DNA of 64,000 nucleotides from NCBI RefSeq assembly GCF_053078305.1, contig NZ_CP166879.1; one strand, 5' to 3'. Shown piece by piece: positions 22,601 to 31,354 of this stretch (position 1 is its first letter; each line of letters starts with the position of its first letter). The notes under the pieces were generated by a model. It saw only the letters and a program-made list of their open reading frames with translations, ran no database searches and was not told where the DNA came from. The position numbers and the translations under genes were made by a program.

Positions 22601-25528
22601 CGCGTTGTAGACGGTAATCACACCATTCTCGTGGTTGGTAGACGTCGCTTTGGTTAATGCTCCATAGTAAGCATCGGTTCCCGAAGCCATTCCCACACCG
22701 AAATCTTTCGCCGTGCTATTTGCGATGTTATTACGCAGCGATGTTTCATCATTTTCATCGACCCACAGCGTATCCAGGGTGATTTGCCCTTCGTTATCCG
22801 CGGTTGATTTATCGATAGCCAACATCCCCACGCTGCCACGACCATACATCTCAATAATGCCCGTTTCGCCGTTCAGAATGGATGACGAGTAGCTGGCAAG
22901 CATACCTGTCAAACCTAATGCTCTGTTATTGAAAGAGGTACCGTCAGACAAGTTCCACTCTGCCGGATAATTCAGCACGCTGTGCTGATTCATCATTTTG
23001 GTGGTCAAGGTGCCATTGTTAACGCCAATCCCCCCGTATTCAACATCGAAGACTTTTGGTGCCGGGTCGGTACCAAAATCGTACATCGCCAGGCCAATGG
23101 ATCCGTTATTGATGACCGTTGAATCTTTATTCCAGGCAGCCGCAAAACCGATATTTTTCAGTTCAACTTCACCGTTATTGGTCGCCTTCGCACCAGAATC
23201 AATACTAATGGTGGATAACGCTACACGATAATAATAAGTGAAAGAATCCACATCACTCATATCAAACGTTGCGTCAGCGCCAATCTCCAGCTCCGCGCCA
23301 TGGCTCAACTGAATGAGATTTTCGAACCCCAGCGGGAACTCGCCGCTGATGGTTGACTCACCATTCAGGTAGACCGAGGAATGCCCATCAACGTTAATAA
23401 GCGGTGTGTCTCCGATACCACGACGAGATGCGGCAGGTTTTGAGCCATCATCCATGACATTTTTTTCACCGACAAAATGAACACCGCCATTAAGCGTAAA
23501 GGTATTGTCATCGCCAGCAATAACAATACCCGCAATGTGTTCCTGAGCACCGTCGTAACTCGCATAGGAACGCGACGTGGTTTCACTATCAGCAACAACG
23601 GTTAACTGACCATCCAGCGTGACGTCGTTGTTGTCACCGCTGATATTTACCCCGGTTGAGGGATTAAAGAAGTAAGGCTGCGCATTATCGGCTTTCTGAT
23701 CTTTATCAACCAGAATACTGCCCGCTATTTCGATAGTATTACCATCACCCGAAACATTAACACCTGTCGCTTCTTGCCCTGTCACATTCAGCCCATAAGT
23801 CGACAGCGTCATGTTGTTATTATCGCCAGAGACATCAAGACCGGTGGAGAAATCCCCAACGTCTAACCCGCCCGCAAGTGAAATATTGGCTTTATCCCCT
23901 GCAACGCTGACACCGGTTCCGGCGTTGGTCGCGGTAATATCACCGACGTTAACAAATGTCGCATTATTACCGTCGATCTGAATGCCGATTGCATTTTCAC
24001 CTGTAGCGGCCTGGCCAACATTGAGGTCGCCCATGTTGATCACGCTGACGCCATCACCATCAAGCAGCATGCCAATAGAGTTATCTTCGATGACCGTAAT
24101 ATTACCTTTGTTGCTAACGAACGTATCATTGCCGTCAACGTCAATACCGTGCGCACCACCGCTTACGTATAAGTCGCCTTCCTGTTTGATGGTGGCACCG
24201 TCACCGACAATTTTCGAGCCAGTGGAATTCTCACCGTCAACGCTCATGGTACCTTGATTATCGACCCGCGCATTATCGCCATTGATAAGGCTACCCGTAC
24301 CACCATTGGTGATGGTCGAGTCGCCCGCAGTGTTCAGCGTAGCATTATCGCCATTGATGATTACTGCGGTACCGCCGTCAACTTCCGTCTCGCCGTTGTT
24401 ATTGATAGTGATATCGTCACCAGTAAGGATACCAACGACCGAACCCTCGCCGATGGCGGTCGTTTTACCGTCGTTGTTGAGGGTGATGTTGTCACCCTCA
24501 ACCGTCATGACAGTACCGCCATTCAGCGCCGTATTGCCGCCCTGATCGGTGATGATCGCATTACCAAAATCAATCGCAGTTCCGGTTGTGCCATCAACAA
24601 CGACACCGGCCTCTTTAGTGATATGGATGAGCCCATCATCGTCGTAGCTCCAGGTGATGCCACCTGCCGTATTTACGCCATCAAAGATGACGGTGTTGCT
24701 GTCGTCATGGACTGTCCAGCCCTTGACTATCGTCGTCAGGCCATCAGGCGCGGTTAAGGTGTAACTCCCATCGGCATTTTGGCTGTAGGTAAAGGTGGTT
24801 TCGCGAATTTTGACGGTTTTCGCGTCCTGATCCCAGGTTACGTCATTTTTATAGACGACAGGATCGTGTTTAACCGGGGTATCGCCACCATCGTCTGGCG
24901 GAACAGGCGTATCACCGCCGTCGTCTGGAACTGGCGTATCACCGCCATCATCTGGTGGAACCGGCGTATCACCGCCGTCATCTGGTGGAACCGGCGTATC
25001 ACCGCCGTCATCTGGCGGAACTGGCGTATCACCGCCGTCATCTGGCGGAACTGGCGTATCACCGCCGTCATCTGGCGGAACCGGCGTATCATCGCCGTCA
25101 TCTGGCGGAACTGGCGTATCACCGCCGTCATCTGGCGGAACTGGCGTATCACCGCCGTCATCTGGCGGAACCGGCGTATCACCGCCGTCGTCTGGCGGAA
25201 CAGGCGTATCACCGCCATCATCCGGAACTGGGGAGTTATTATGGTGGTGATTGTCATCGTCACTTAAGGTATATATAGCAATTCCCGTAGCTACTGCAGC
25301 AAGACCTGCAGCTGCCCATGGTAAAACTGCACTATCTTTATTTTCTCTGCACTCCGCGGATAAATTTTCTAGCTGCTCTTTGCTCAGGGAATGAATATTT
25401 GCCGGACATGTTATCTTACTGGACTTACGTGTTTTTTCGGTTGAGTCGGGTATTGAAGTATCCGCAGCCCATGTCTGGCTACTTAACGCCATGGCAACAC
25501 AAACAGACAATAATTTTTTCCTTTGCAT
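19673..25528 (-). CDS. ydbA: Giant autotransporter adhesin-like protein, intact frame
   Basis: 1951 aa from MQRKKLLSVCVAMALSSQTWA (SD AAGGA); long Gly/Asn/Thr-rich beta-helix-like passenger; C-terminal domain ends ...KGVMLNFKKTF. Confidence 0.9.
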   Translation of the reverse strand: MQRKKLLSVCVAMALSSQTWAADTSIPDSTEKTRKSSKITCPANIHSLSKEQLENLSAECRENKDSAVLPWAAAGLAAVATGIAIYTLSDDDNHHHNNSPVPDDGGDTPVPPDDGGDTPVPPDDGGDTPVPPDDGGDTPVPPDDGDDTPVPPDDGGDTPVPPDDGGDTPVPPDDGGDTPVPPDDGGDTPVPPDDGGDTPVPDDGGDTPVPPDDGGDTPVKHDPVVYKNDVTWDQDAKTVKIRETTFTYSQNADGSYTLTAPDGLTTIVKGWTVHDDSNTVIFDGVNTAGGITWSYDDDGLIHITKEAGVVVDGTTGTAIDFGNAIITDQGGNTALNGGTVMTVEGDNITLNNDGKTTAIGEGSVVGILTGDDITINNNGETEVDGGTAVIINGDNATLNTAGDSTITNGGTGSLINGDNARVDNQGTMSVDGENSTGSKIVGDGATIKQEGDLYVSGGAHGIDVDGNDTFVSNKGNITVIEDNSIGMLLDGDGVSVINMGDLNVGQAATGENAIGIQIDGNNATFVNVGDITATNAGTGVSVAGDKANISLAGGLDVGDFSTGLDVSGDNNNMTLSTYGLNVTGQEATGVNVSGDGNTIEIAGSILVDKDQKADNAQPYFFNPSTGVNISGDNNDVTLDGQLTVVADSETTSRSYASYDGAQEHIAGIVIAGDDNTFTLNGGVHFVGEKNVMDDGSKPAASRRGIGDTPLINVDGHSSVYLNGESTISGEFPLGFENLIQLSHGAELEIGADATFDMSDVDSFTYYYRVALSTISIDSGAKATNNGEVELKNIGFAAAWNKDSTVINNGSIGLAMYDFGTDPAPKVFDVEYGGIGVNNGTLTTKMMNQHSVLNYPAEWNLSDGTSFNNRALGLTGMLASYSSSILNGETGIIEMYGRGSVGMLAIDKSTADNEGQITLDTLWVDENDETSLRNNIANSTAKDFGVGMASGTDAYYGALTKATSTNHENGVITVYNAGAGMAAYGNTNTVINQGTINLEKNENYNDSLGVNKLVGMAVYHEGTAINDQTGVININAENGQAFYNDGTGLIINYGTICTFGVCQGADEYNPTDNYIADLYDDGDVLSSAGETVLLSSGAIINGDVTSAGAVKNGTIRILENGALVNESSGTISSAIVVNEGGALTNEGVLNTVTLEGGTFNNNGTLNDVVKIEKNSNAVINNTGSLSTLQLHDGTVNNSGIASARVNAQGDAVFNNLAGGEARKGAILYNSAVVNNAGTWKMGYQDENNNAGTLDIDDQSTFNNSGKLILDNSKNAIRFQGSNANATLYNTGEMTLDAALGAGAIHYDDGASQFINKGVVDAKVTVAVSTAGATESDAFLWNQDGGVINFDKDNASAVKFTHNNYVALNDGVMNISGNNAVAMEGDKNAQLVNNGVINLGTEGTTDTGLIGMQLDANATADAVIENNGTINIYANDSFAFSVLGTQGHIVNNGTVVIADGVTGSGLIKQGDSVNVEGVNGNNGNNTEVHYTDYTLPEVPNTSSGGVTTGGDATGSGSNNLNGYVVGTNVDGSAGKLKVNNASMNGVGINTGFAAGTADTTVSFDNVVEGSNLTDADAITSTSVVWTAKGSTDASGNVDVTMSKNAYTDVATDASVNDVAKALDAGYTNNELYTSLNVGTTAELNSALKQVSGSQATTVFREARVLSNRFSMLADAAPKMGNGLAFNVVAKGDPRAELGNNTEYDMLALRKTVDLSESQSLSLEYGIARLDGDGAQKAGDNGVTGGYSQFFGLKHQMFFDNGMNWNNALRYDVHNLDSSRSVAYGDVSKTADTDVKQQYLEFRSEGAKTFEPREGLKITPYAGVKLRHTLEGGYQERNAGDFNLSMNSGSETAVDSIVGLKLDYAGKGGWSANATLEGGPNLSYSKSQRTASLAGAGSQHFNVDDGQKGGGINSLASVGVKYSSKESSLNLDAYHWKEDGISDKGVMLNFKKTF
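24877..25227 (-). repeat. About 12 to 13 tandem copies of a 27-bp unit inside ydbA, encoding (P)PDDGGDTPV repeats
   Basis: Near-identical units GGCGGAACYGGCGTATCACCGCCGTCATCT visible on the plus strand; one unit is shorter. Confidence 0.9.
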
Positions 25529-25935
25529 ATAAAATTCCTTAGATCTAGACCGTGCGTAACAAGCCATGCAGAATTTGAAGATAAATCGTAGTAAATATTC
25601 ATAGTGAAATAAGCAATAAAGAAATGCTTATATAATTCACAAAATCAATATTAAAATCAGGCAAGTAAAAGCATACAAAAAAACAGTTGATGGAATTATA
25701 TTCCACAAAAAACTCACTTCAATCTAAAAATTAACGACAAAAAACAAAAACACACTAATAATTCATTGACGCTGCATATATATTTTGTGATTACATATAT
25801 ATTGGTAATGATTTGTTATTTAAGGGAAGGATATATAAGGTTTTTGTAGAAATACCCACGGTAATTAAGCATGCTAACGTCAGTTTAAATACTGTAAAAG
25901 ATCATTAATAGATACATTTTGTAGCCAACTATAAT

Positions 25936-26262
25936 TTATTTGCGCAACCATTTACCATTAATTCCCTGAACATATTGCCCCGACTTCGCGCGAGCAACAA
26001 GCTTTTGTCCAGCCAGTTTGGCTATCTCTTTAGTGGATACATTATTTTGCTTTGCCAGTTGTTGGTAACTATGGTTACGAGCTTCATTAATATCTTTTAC
26101 TAATGCCTGTGTTTCGGCATCCGTTTGTAGCGCCACCAGGTAACCGTTAAGCGTTTCACCTACCCGCCCCTGACTTCTGGCTTCGTTCAGGGTTAAAGCC
26201 ATTGCACTGTCGCTCATCAGGCCAATGGCCCATACAGCTATGAGTAATGTTCTTTTCATCAT
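25936..26262 (-). CDS. ydbL: DUF1318-family periplasmic protein, third gene of the ydbH operon
   Basis: 108 aa from MMKRTLLIAVWAIGLMSDSAMA (signal peptide); SD GAGGTG. Confidence 0.85.
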   Translation of the reverse strand: MMKRTLLIAVWAIGLMSDSAMALTLNEARSQGRVGETLNGYLVALQTDAETQALVKDINEARNHSYQQLAKQNNVSTKEIAKLAGQKLVARAKSGQYVQGINGKWLRK

Positions 26263-26266
26263 CACC

Positions 26267-26452
26267 TCAAAATAGATCGCTACGGGTTTTGAGCAGGTCT
26301 TCAACGTCCTTATCCGCTTTAATGATGATTTCATGCTCAATTTTAACGTTCATATTAATGGTGATTGGCTCTTTCGGCGCAGCTACTTCAATGCGAGGCG
26401 TGCAACCAACCAACATAAAAGAGGACGCAAACGCGGCTATCACTATTTTCAT
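26267..26452 (-). CDS. ynbE: Small lipoprotein
   Basis: 61 aa MKIVIAAFASSFMLVGC... (lipobox LVGC); start overlaps the ydbH stop (ATGA). Confidence 0.85.
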   Translation of the reverse strand: MKIVIAAFASSFMLVGCTPRIEVAAPKEPITINMNVKIEHEIIIKADKDVEDLLKTRSDLF

Positions 26453-29088
26453 TGTTTTTCCTCACACTCTTTTCCTGATGGGCAGCCAGTTTCCGGTAGC
26501 TGGGCATTCTGCTCCAACCATGCCTGGAGATTATCGCCAAAGCGTAAACTGCGCCACAGCGTAAAAATATTCTCTTCATGATGGTAATTAAGGTTTACCG
26601 TACCGCTTTTACCATCAACGCGACTGGTACCTGTAATGTTGGCCTGCATGGTTAATAAACCGAGATTATCTAAATTAATATTTGTCGATGAACGGCTAAT
26701 TTCCATATAGCGCAACCAGTTAATTGCTGAACCCGCAGTCATATTGTCTTTCACCACCGCATCTGCGGTGTCTTTATCCAGCCGCAAGGTCATTGGCCCG
26801 CTATTTGCCAGCCAACCATCTTTCACTATCCATTTTTCATTGTTCAGCCATAGTGGCAAGGCCCCACTGAATGCCCCGGACATGGCAAATTGTTTCGGAT
26901 TGACGGCGCTAACCAGTTCGCTGGATGAGAGATTATTCAGCCGCAACAGCGCCGGGTCATGTTGCGGCATACGTAATTGTTTCATCAGCACGTTACCGCC
27001 TAACACATCGACGCTAACATCAGTCAACAGCAATGGTTCTTCTTCAGTCCACGGATAACGCCCTTGCAAATCAGCCGTAATATTTTTCGCTGTCACCAGA
27101 TTAATCACTTCGGCAATTCGCAACGTAACGGGGCCGCGAGTCCCCAGATGCCAGGCTCCATCGGCAAAACGGAAAGGCAGGACAAAATCGACACCGTTAA
27201 CCTGATTATCTGACATCCAGGCACTACCGCCTTTCAACACGCCGTGTCCTCCCGCGCGGAATCCTTGTTCAGGCGCAGCAGAAAATGCAACCTGAGCATA
27301 CAGTTCACCATCGCGTAAGTTCATCTTCCAGTCGGGTGGCACCAGCGGCTGGAATACAGTCAGTGATTGTTTAGGCCACCAGGCGTTACCGCGCAGACGA
27401 ATACCGTCCCAGCGACCATTTACCCGAACCGGGCCAATCTCACCAGCATGTAAATCGCCTTTAAAGAGGAAATACGTCGGATCGCGCCCATCGACGCTAA
27501 ATTTTAAGGTTGATGGCGGTAACACACTGCCGCCAGTGAACAGCGTTTGCCCGGCGTCCAGTGACAGCGCGCCGCTGAAGGAGGGATGCTGTGCGTCACG
27601 TACCCAGACGACGGGCTTGTCGAGAATTAATCGCGGCTTTTCTACCGTCATCGTACCGTATTGTAACTGGTCGAAACCGGTGGAGAGATCGGTCAGCGTA
27701 ATCGTGCTGTCATGCCACTCACCTTTTCCTGCGACATCCCAGGTGGCATTCATCGGTGTAAAACTCCCTTTTCCCCAGTAGCGCCACTGCCAGCGGCCAG
27801 CGTCAGGGAGAAAATCATTCGCCAGCCCATCCATATGCAGCACGAAATCGCCCAGTTCATTTTCATGCGCCTGCAAAATGGCCTGCAAACGTCCGTCAAC
27901 ACCACGTTGGGTGACTTTTACACCCGCTAAAGGCCAGCGGATTTCATCGATGTCCAGCGAATCGATGACTCTTCCCTTTGAACGAAGTAACGCGCCTGGC
28001 TCAAAGGTCAGCGTTGGGTCAGACAGACTTCCACTTACCTGCGCAGGTAAACGGGCATATAAAATGAGGTCCGCCTGTTTCGCTTCACCGGTCAGCTGCA
28101 GAGGCAGCTGGCTGTTATCCATGCTTAATTTTCCTGGGCCAAAATTAAGCACCGCGTTGCCTTTACCCGCTTGCCCCTGGGTCAGCACACTAAGTCGTCC
28201 GCTGATCAGAGCGTTCTCAAGCCCTGCCTGCCAGTTGTCGACTTTGACACCCAGTCGGCCACTCAAAGGAAAACCTGCATACGGCCAGCTCCAGCGACCA
28301 TCGCTTACGGTCAATTGTTGACGCGTAATTTGCCACGGCAAATCGAGCAACGGATCGCCGTTATCCCGTGCCAGCACAATCAATTGCCCGCTATTCTCCT
28401 GCCAGTCCAGCTCGGCATCTACCAGTGACGGTTCCTGCGGCAAGTTTAACGTCGCAGTAGCATGACCACTTACAGGAAGTCCATCCGGCACGAGCGGCAT
28501 AGTAAATTCCCCCACCAGTTTAACCGGCGGCTGATTTTCAAACGCGACGACATCCAGTTCGCTGACTGTAAGTTGTTGCCCTTTCAGCTGGCCTTGAAAT
28601 TTAACTTTTTCGCCCTGATAACGCAGTTGCTGGATATCGGAGGTTAATGCGAGAGAGAGTTTTCCCTGCCATTCCTGCCAGGGAGAAAAAATCAGTTTAT
28701 CGATATTGATCCAGGTGTTAGGCAGCATGGACTGCCATTGCGCGAGGGTTTTTGGAGCAGCTGGCGATTGCTCCGTCTGCGGCAATTTCGCCAGACAAGC
28801 AGAATCAAGTTCTACCGTGCCGACGTTCAATAACCAGCGGCTCGGATGTGAAAGGCTGGCGTTGGTGATATGCGCAAGCTGACAATCTCCCACCAGATAA
28901 CGGAGATCGGGAATGATTAAACCTTTACGCGTAATGCGTGGGCTTTCATCTAATGCAATACGTGTCCCGAGCGGTAGCCAGATGCCCGCCAGCGTGGGAA
29001 CCCACAGCCCGAGCGTCATCAGCAGCGTCAACGGCACAAGAATAATCAGTAATAACAGCGCGAGAACGGCTTTATATTTACCCAGCAT
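26449..29088 (-). CDS. ydbH: AsmA-like inner-membrane-anchored periplasm-spanning protein
   Basis: 879 aa; N-terminal TM helix LALLLLIILVPLTLLMTLGLWV followed by a long beta-rich region. Confidence 0.9.
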   Translation of the reverse strand: MLGKYKAVLALLLLIILVPLTLLMTLGLWVPTLAGIWLPLGTRIALDESPRITRKGLIIPDLRYLVGDCQLAHITNASLSHPSRWLLNVGTVELDSACLAKLPQTEQSPAAPKTLAQWQSMLPNTWINIDKLIFSPWQEWQGKLSLALTSDIQQLRYQGEKVKFQGQLKGQQLTVSELDVVAFENQPPVKLVGEFTMPLVPDGLPVSGHATATLNLPQEPSLVDAELDWQENSGQLIVLARDNGDPLLDLPWQITRQQLTVSDGRWSWPYAGFPLSGRLGVKVDNWQAGLENALISGRLSVLTQGQAGKGNAVLNFGPGKLSMDNSQLPLQLTGEAKQADLILYARLPAQVSGSLSDPTLTFEPGALLRSKGRVIDSLDIDEIRWPLAGVKVTQRGVDGRLQAILQAHENELGDFVLHMDGLANDFLPDAGRWQWRYWGKGSFTPMNATWDVAGKGEWHDSTITLTDLSTGFDQLQYGTMTVEKPRLILDKPVVWVRDAQHPSFSGALSLDAGQTLFTGGSVLPPSTLKFSVDGRDPTYFLFKGDLHAGEIGPVRVNGRWDGIRLRGNAWWPKQSLTVFQPLVPPDWKMNLRDGELYAQVAFSAAPEQGFRAGGHGVLKGGSAWMSDNQVNGVDFVLPFRFADGAWHLGTRGPVTLRIAEVINLVTAKNITADLQGRYPWTEEEPLLLTDVSVDVLGGNVLMKQLRMPQHDPALLRLNNLSSSELVSAVNPKQFAMSGAFSGALPLWLNNEKWIVKDGWLANSGPMTLRLDKDTADAVVKDNMTAGSAINWLRYMEISRSSTNINLDNLGLLTMQANITGTSRVDGKSGTVNLNYHHEENIFTLWRSLRFGDNLQAWLEQNAQLPETGCPSGKECEEKQ

Positions 29089-29295
29089 GGGTAGTTAATA
29101 TCCTGATTTAGCGAAAAATTAAGCATTCAATACGGGTATTGTGGCATGTTTAACCGTTCAGTTGAAGGTTGCGCCTACACTAAGCATAGTTGTTGATGAA
29201 TTTTTCAATATCGCCATAGCTTTCAATTAAATTTGAAATTTTGTAAAATATTTTAAGTGGCTTAAATGTGATTCAACATCACTGGAGAAAGTCTT

Positions 29296-30285
29296 ATGAA
29301 ACTCGCCGTTTATAGCACAAAACAGTACGACAAGAAGTACCTGCAACAGGTGAACGAGTCCTTTGGCTTTGAGCTGGAATTTTTTGACTTTCTGCTGACG
29401 GAAAAAACCGCTAAAACTGCCAATGGCTGCGAAGCGGTATGTATTTTCGTAAACGATGACGGCAGCCGCCCGGTGCTGGAAGAGCTGAAAAAGCACGGCG
29501 TTAAATATATCGCCCTGCGCTGTGCCGGTTTCAATAACGTCGACCTTGACGCGGCAAAAGAACTGGGGCTGAAAGTAGTCCGTGTTCCAGCCTATGATCC
29601 AGAGGCCGTTGCTGAACACGCCATCGGTATGATGATGACGCTGAACCGCCGTATTCACCGCGCGTATCAGCGTACCCGTGACGCTAACTTCTCTCTGGAA
29701 GGTCTGACCGGCTTTACTATGTATGGCAAAACGGCAGGCGTTATCGGTACCGGTAAAATCGGTGTGGCGATGCTGCGCATTCTGAAAGGTTTTGGTATGC
29801 GTCTGCTGGCGTTCGATCCGTATCCAAGTGCAGCGGCGCTGGAACTCGGTGTGGAGTATGTCGATCTGCCAACCCTGTTCTCTGAATCAGACGTTATCTC
29901 TCTGCACTGCCCGCTGACACCGGAAAACTACCATCTGTTGAACGAAGCCGCCTTCGATCAGATGAAAAATGGCGTGATGATCGTCAATACCAGTCGCGGT
30001 GCATTGATTGATTCTCAGGCAGCAATTGAAGCGCTGAAAAATCAGAAAATTGGTTCGTTGGGTATGGACGTGTATGAGAACGAACGCGATCTGTTCTTTG
30101 AAGATAAATCCAACGACGTAATTCAGGATGACGTATTCCGTCGCCTGTCTGCCTGCCACAACGTGCTGTTTACCGGGCACCAGGCATTCCTGACAGCAGA
30201 AGCTCTGACCAGTATTTCTCAGACTACGCTGCAAAACTTAAGCAATCTGGAAAAAGGCGAAACCTGCCCGAACGAACTGGTTTAA
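29296..30285 (+). CDS. ldhA: Fermentative D-lactate dehydrogenase (NAD-dependent)
   Basis: 329 aa MKLAVYSTKQYDKKYLQQVNE...; D-2-hydroxyacid dehydrogenase NAD motif GVIGTGKIG. Confidence 0.95.
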   Translation: MKLAVYSTKQYDKKYLQQVNESFGFELEFFDFLLTEKTAKTANGCEAVCIFVNDDGSRPVLEELKKHGVKYIALRCAGFNNVDLDAAKELGLKVVRVPAYDPEAVAEHAIGMMMTLNRRIHRAYQRTRDANFSLEGLTGFTMYGKTAGVIGTGKIGVAMLRILKGFGMRLLAFDPYPSAAALELGVEYVDLPTLFSESDVISLHCPLTPENYHLLNEAAFDQMKNGVMIVNTSRGALIDSQAAIEALKNQKIGSLGMDVYENERDLFFEDKSNDVIQDDVFRRLSACHNVLFTGHQAFLTAEALTSISQTTLQNLSNLEKGETCPNELV

Positions 30286-30395
30286 TCTTGCCGCTCCCCT
30301 GCATTTCAGGGGAGCTGATTCAGATAATCCCCAATGACCTTTCATTCTCTATTCTTAAAATAGTCCTGAGTCAGAAACTGTAATTGAGAACCACA

Positions 30396-30818
30396 ATGAA
30401 GAAAGTAGCCGCGTTTGTTGCGCTAAGCCTGCTGATGGCGGGATGTGTAAGTAATGACAAAATTGCTGTTACGCCAGAACAGCTACAGCATCATCGCTTT
30501 GTGCTGGAAAGCGTAAACGGTAAGCCCGTGACCAGCGATAAAAATCCGCCAGAAATCAGCTTTGGTGAAAAAATGATGATTTCCGGCAGCATGTGTAACC
30601 GCTTTAGCGGTGAAGGCAAACTGTCTAATGGTGAACTGACAGCCAAAGGGCTGGCAATGACCCGTATGATGTGCGCTAACCCGCAGCTTAATGAACTCGA
30701 TAACACCATTAGCGAAATGCTGAAAGAAGGTGCACAAGTGGATCTGACCGCGAACCAGTTAACGCTGGCGACCGCGAAACAGACATTAACTTATAAGCTG
30801 GCGGATTTAATGAATTAA
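30396..30818 (+). CDS. hslJ: Heat-shock lipoprotein HslJ
   Basis: 140 aa from MKKVAAFVALSLLMAGC (lipobox). Confidence 0.85.
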   Translation: MKKVAAFVALSLLMAGCVSNDKIAVTPEQLQHHRFVLESVNGKPVTSDKNPPEISFGEKMMISGSMCNRFSGEGKLSNGELTAKGLAMTRMMCANPQLNELDNTISEMLKEGAQVDLTANQLTLATAKQTLTYKLADLMN

Positions 30819-31081
30819 TAGCTGCCACAGCTCCCGGCGGCAAGTGACTGTTCGCTACAGCGTTTGCCGTTGGGTAATGCACACATCCCAATCGCCGTAC
30901 CATCCAGTTGACGGGCTACAGAAAGCGAACCGCCGATCATTGCGCAATTTGCTTCTCCACTACTGGACATCGACGCTTTTAAACCTGGCGCTACGTGCGC
31001 CGCAGTCGCCTGCTGAACAGGCTCACTACTACACGCCGACAACAATAAAGCGGCACACCCTACCCAAAACGCTGCTCGCAT
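30815..31081 (-). CDS. ydbJ: DUF333-family lipoprotein
   Basis: 88 aa MRAAFWVGCAALLLSACSS...; convergent 4-nt overlap with hslJ. Confidence 0.75.
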   Translation of the reverse strand: MRAAFWVGCAALLLSACSSEPVQQATAAHVAPGLKASMSSSGEANCAMIGGSLSVARQLDGTAIGMCALPNGKRCSEQSLAAGSCGSY

Positions 31082-31354
31082 CTTTTCTTCCTCTGATCTT
31101 CAAGCCAAACGACACCGCCATAAATAATAGGCAGCACAGAGGGCGACGTCGAGAGCTGTCCTGAGCGTTGCCCCGCATTTTTACTTTTTTATGGCTATTT
31201 TTTTGCCCTCTGTTTGATCAAAACATTCATTACGCTGATGTGGGGGACACAAAAGCGAAAATGCAGAAGAAAGCCATTTGCTAAAATTGAAGGATTACTA
31301 CTGGGCGCGCAGCAATTTCGTGCGCCCCTCATTTGCGCAATGTAAGGGTGTCAT

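Noticed and set aside
19733-24757. Many plus-strand ORFs (up to 354 aa) across the ydbA locus
   Set aside because: All are antisense to the single continuous 1951-aa autotransporter frame; their compositions (Ala/Val/Arg-rich or Pro/Ser/Leu-rich) are mirror images of the Gly/Asn/Thr-rich sense frame.
24779-25278. ORFs with repeated RRITAVIW / FRQMTAVIR / HLAE(L/P)AYHRR motifs, and the possibility of a CRISPR array
   Set aside because: These are alternative-frame readings of the 27-bp tandem repeat inside ydbA. The repeats are contiguous with no unique spacers, so this is not a CRISPR array.
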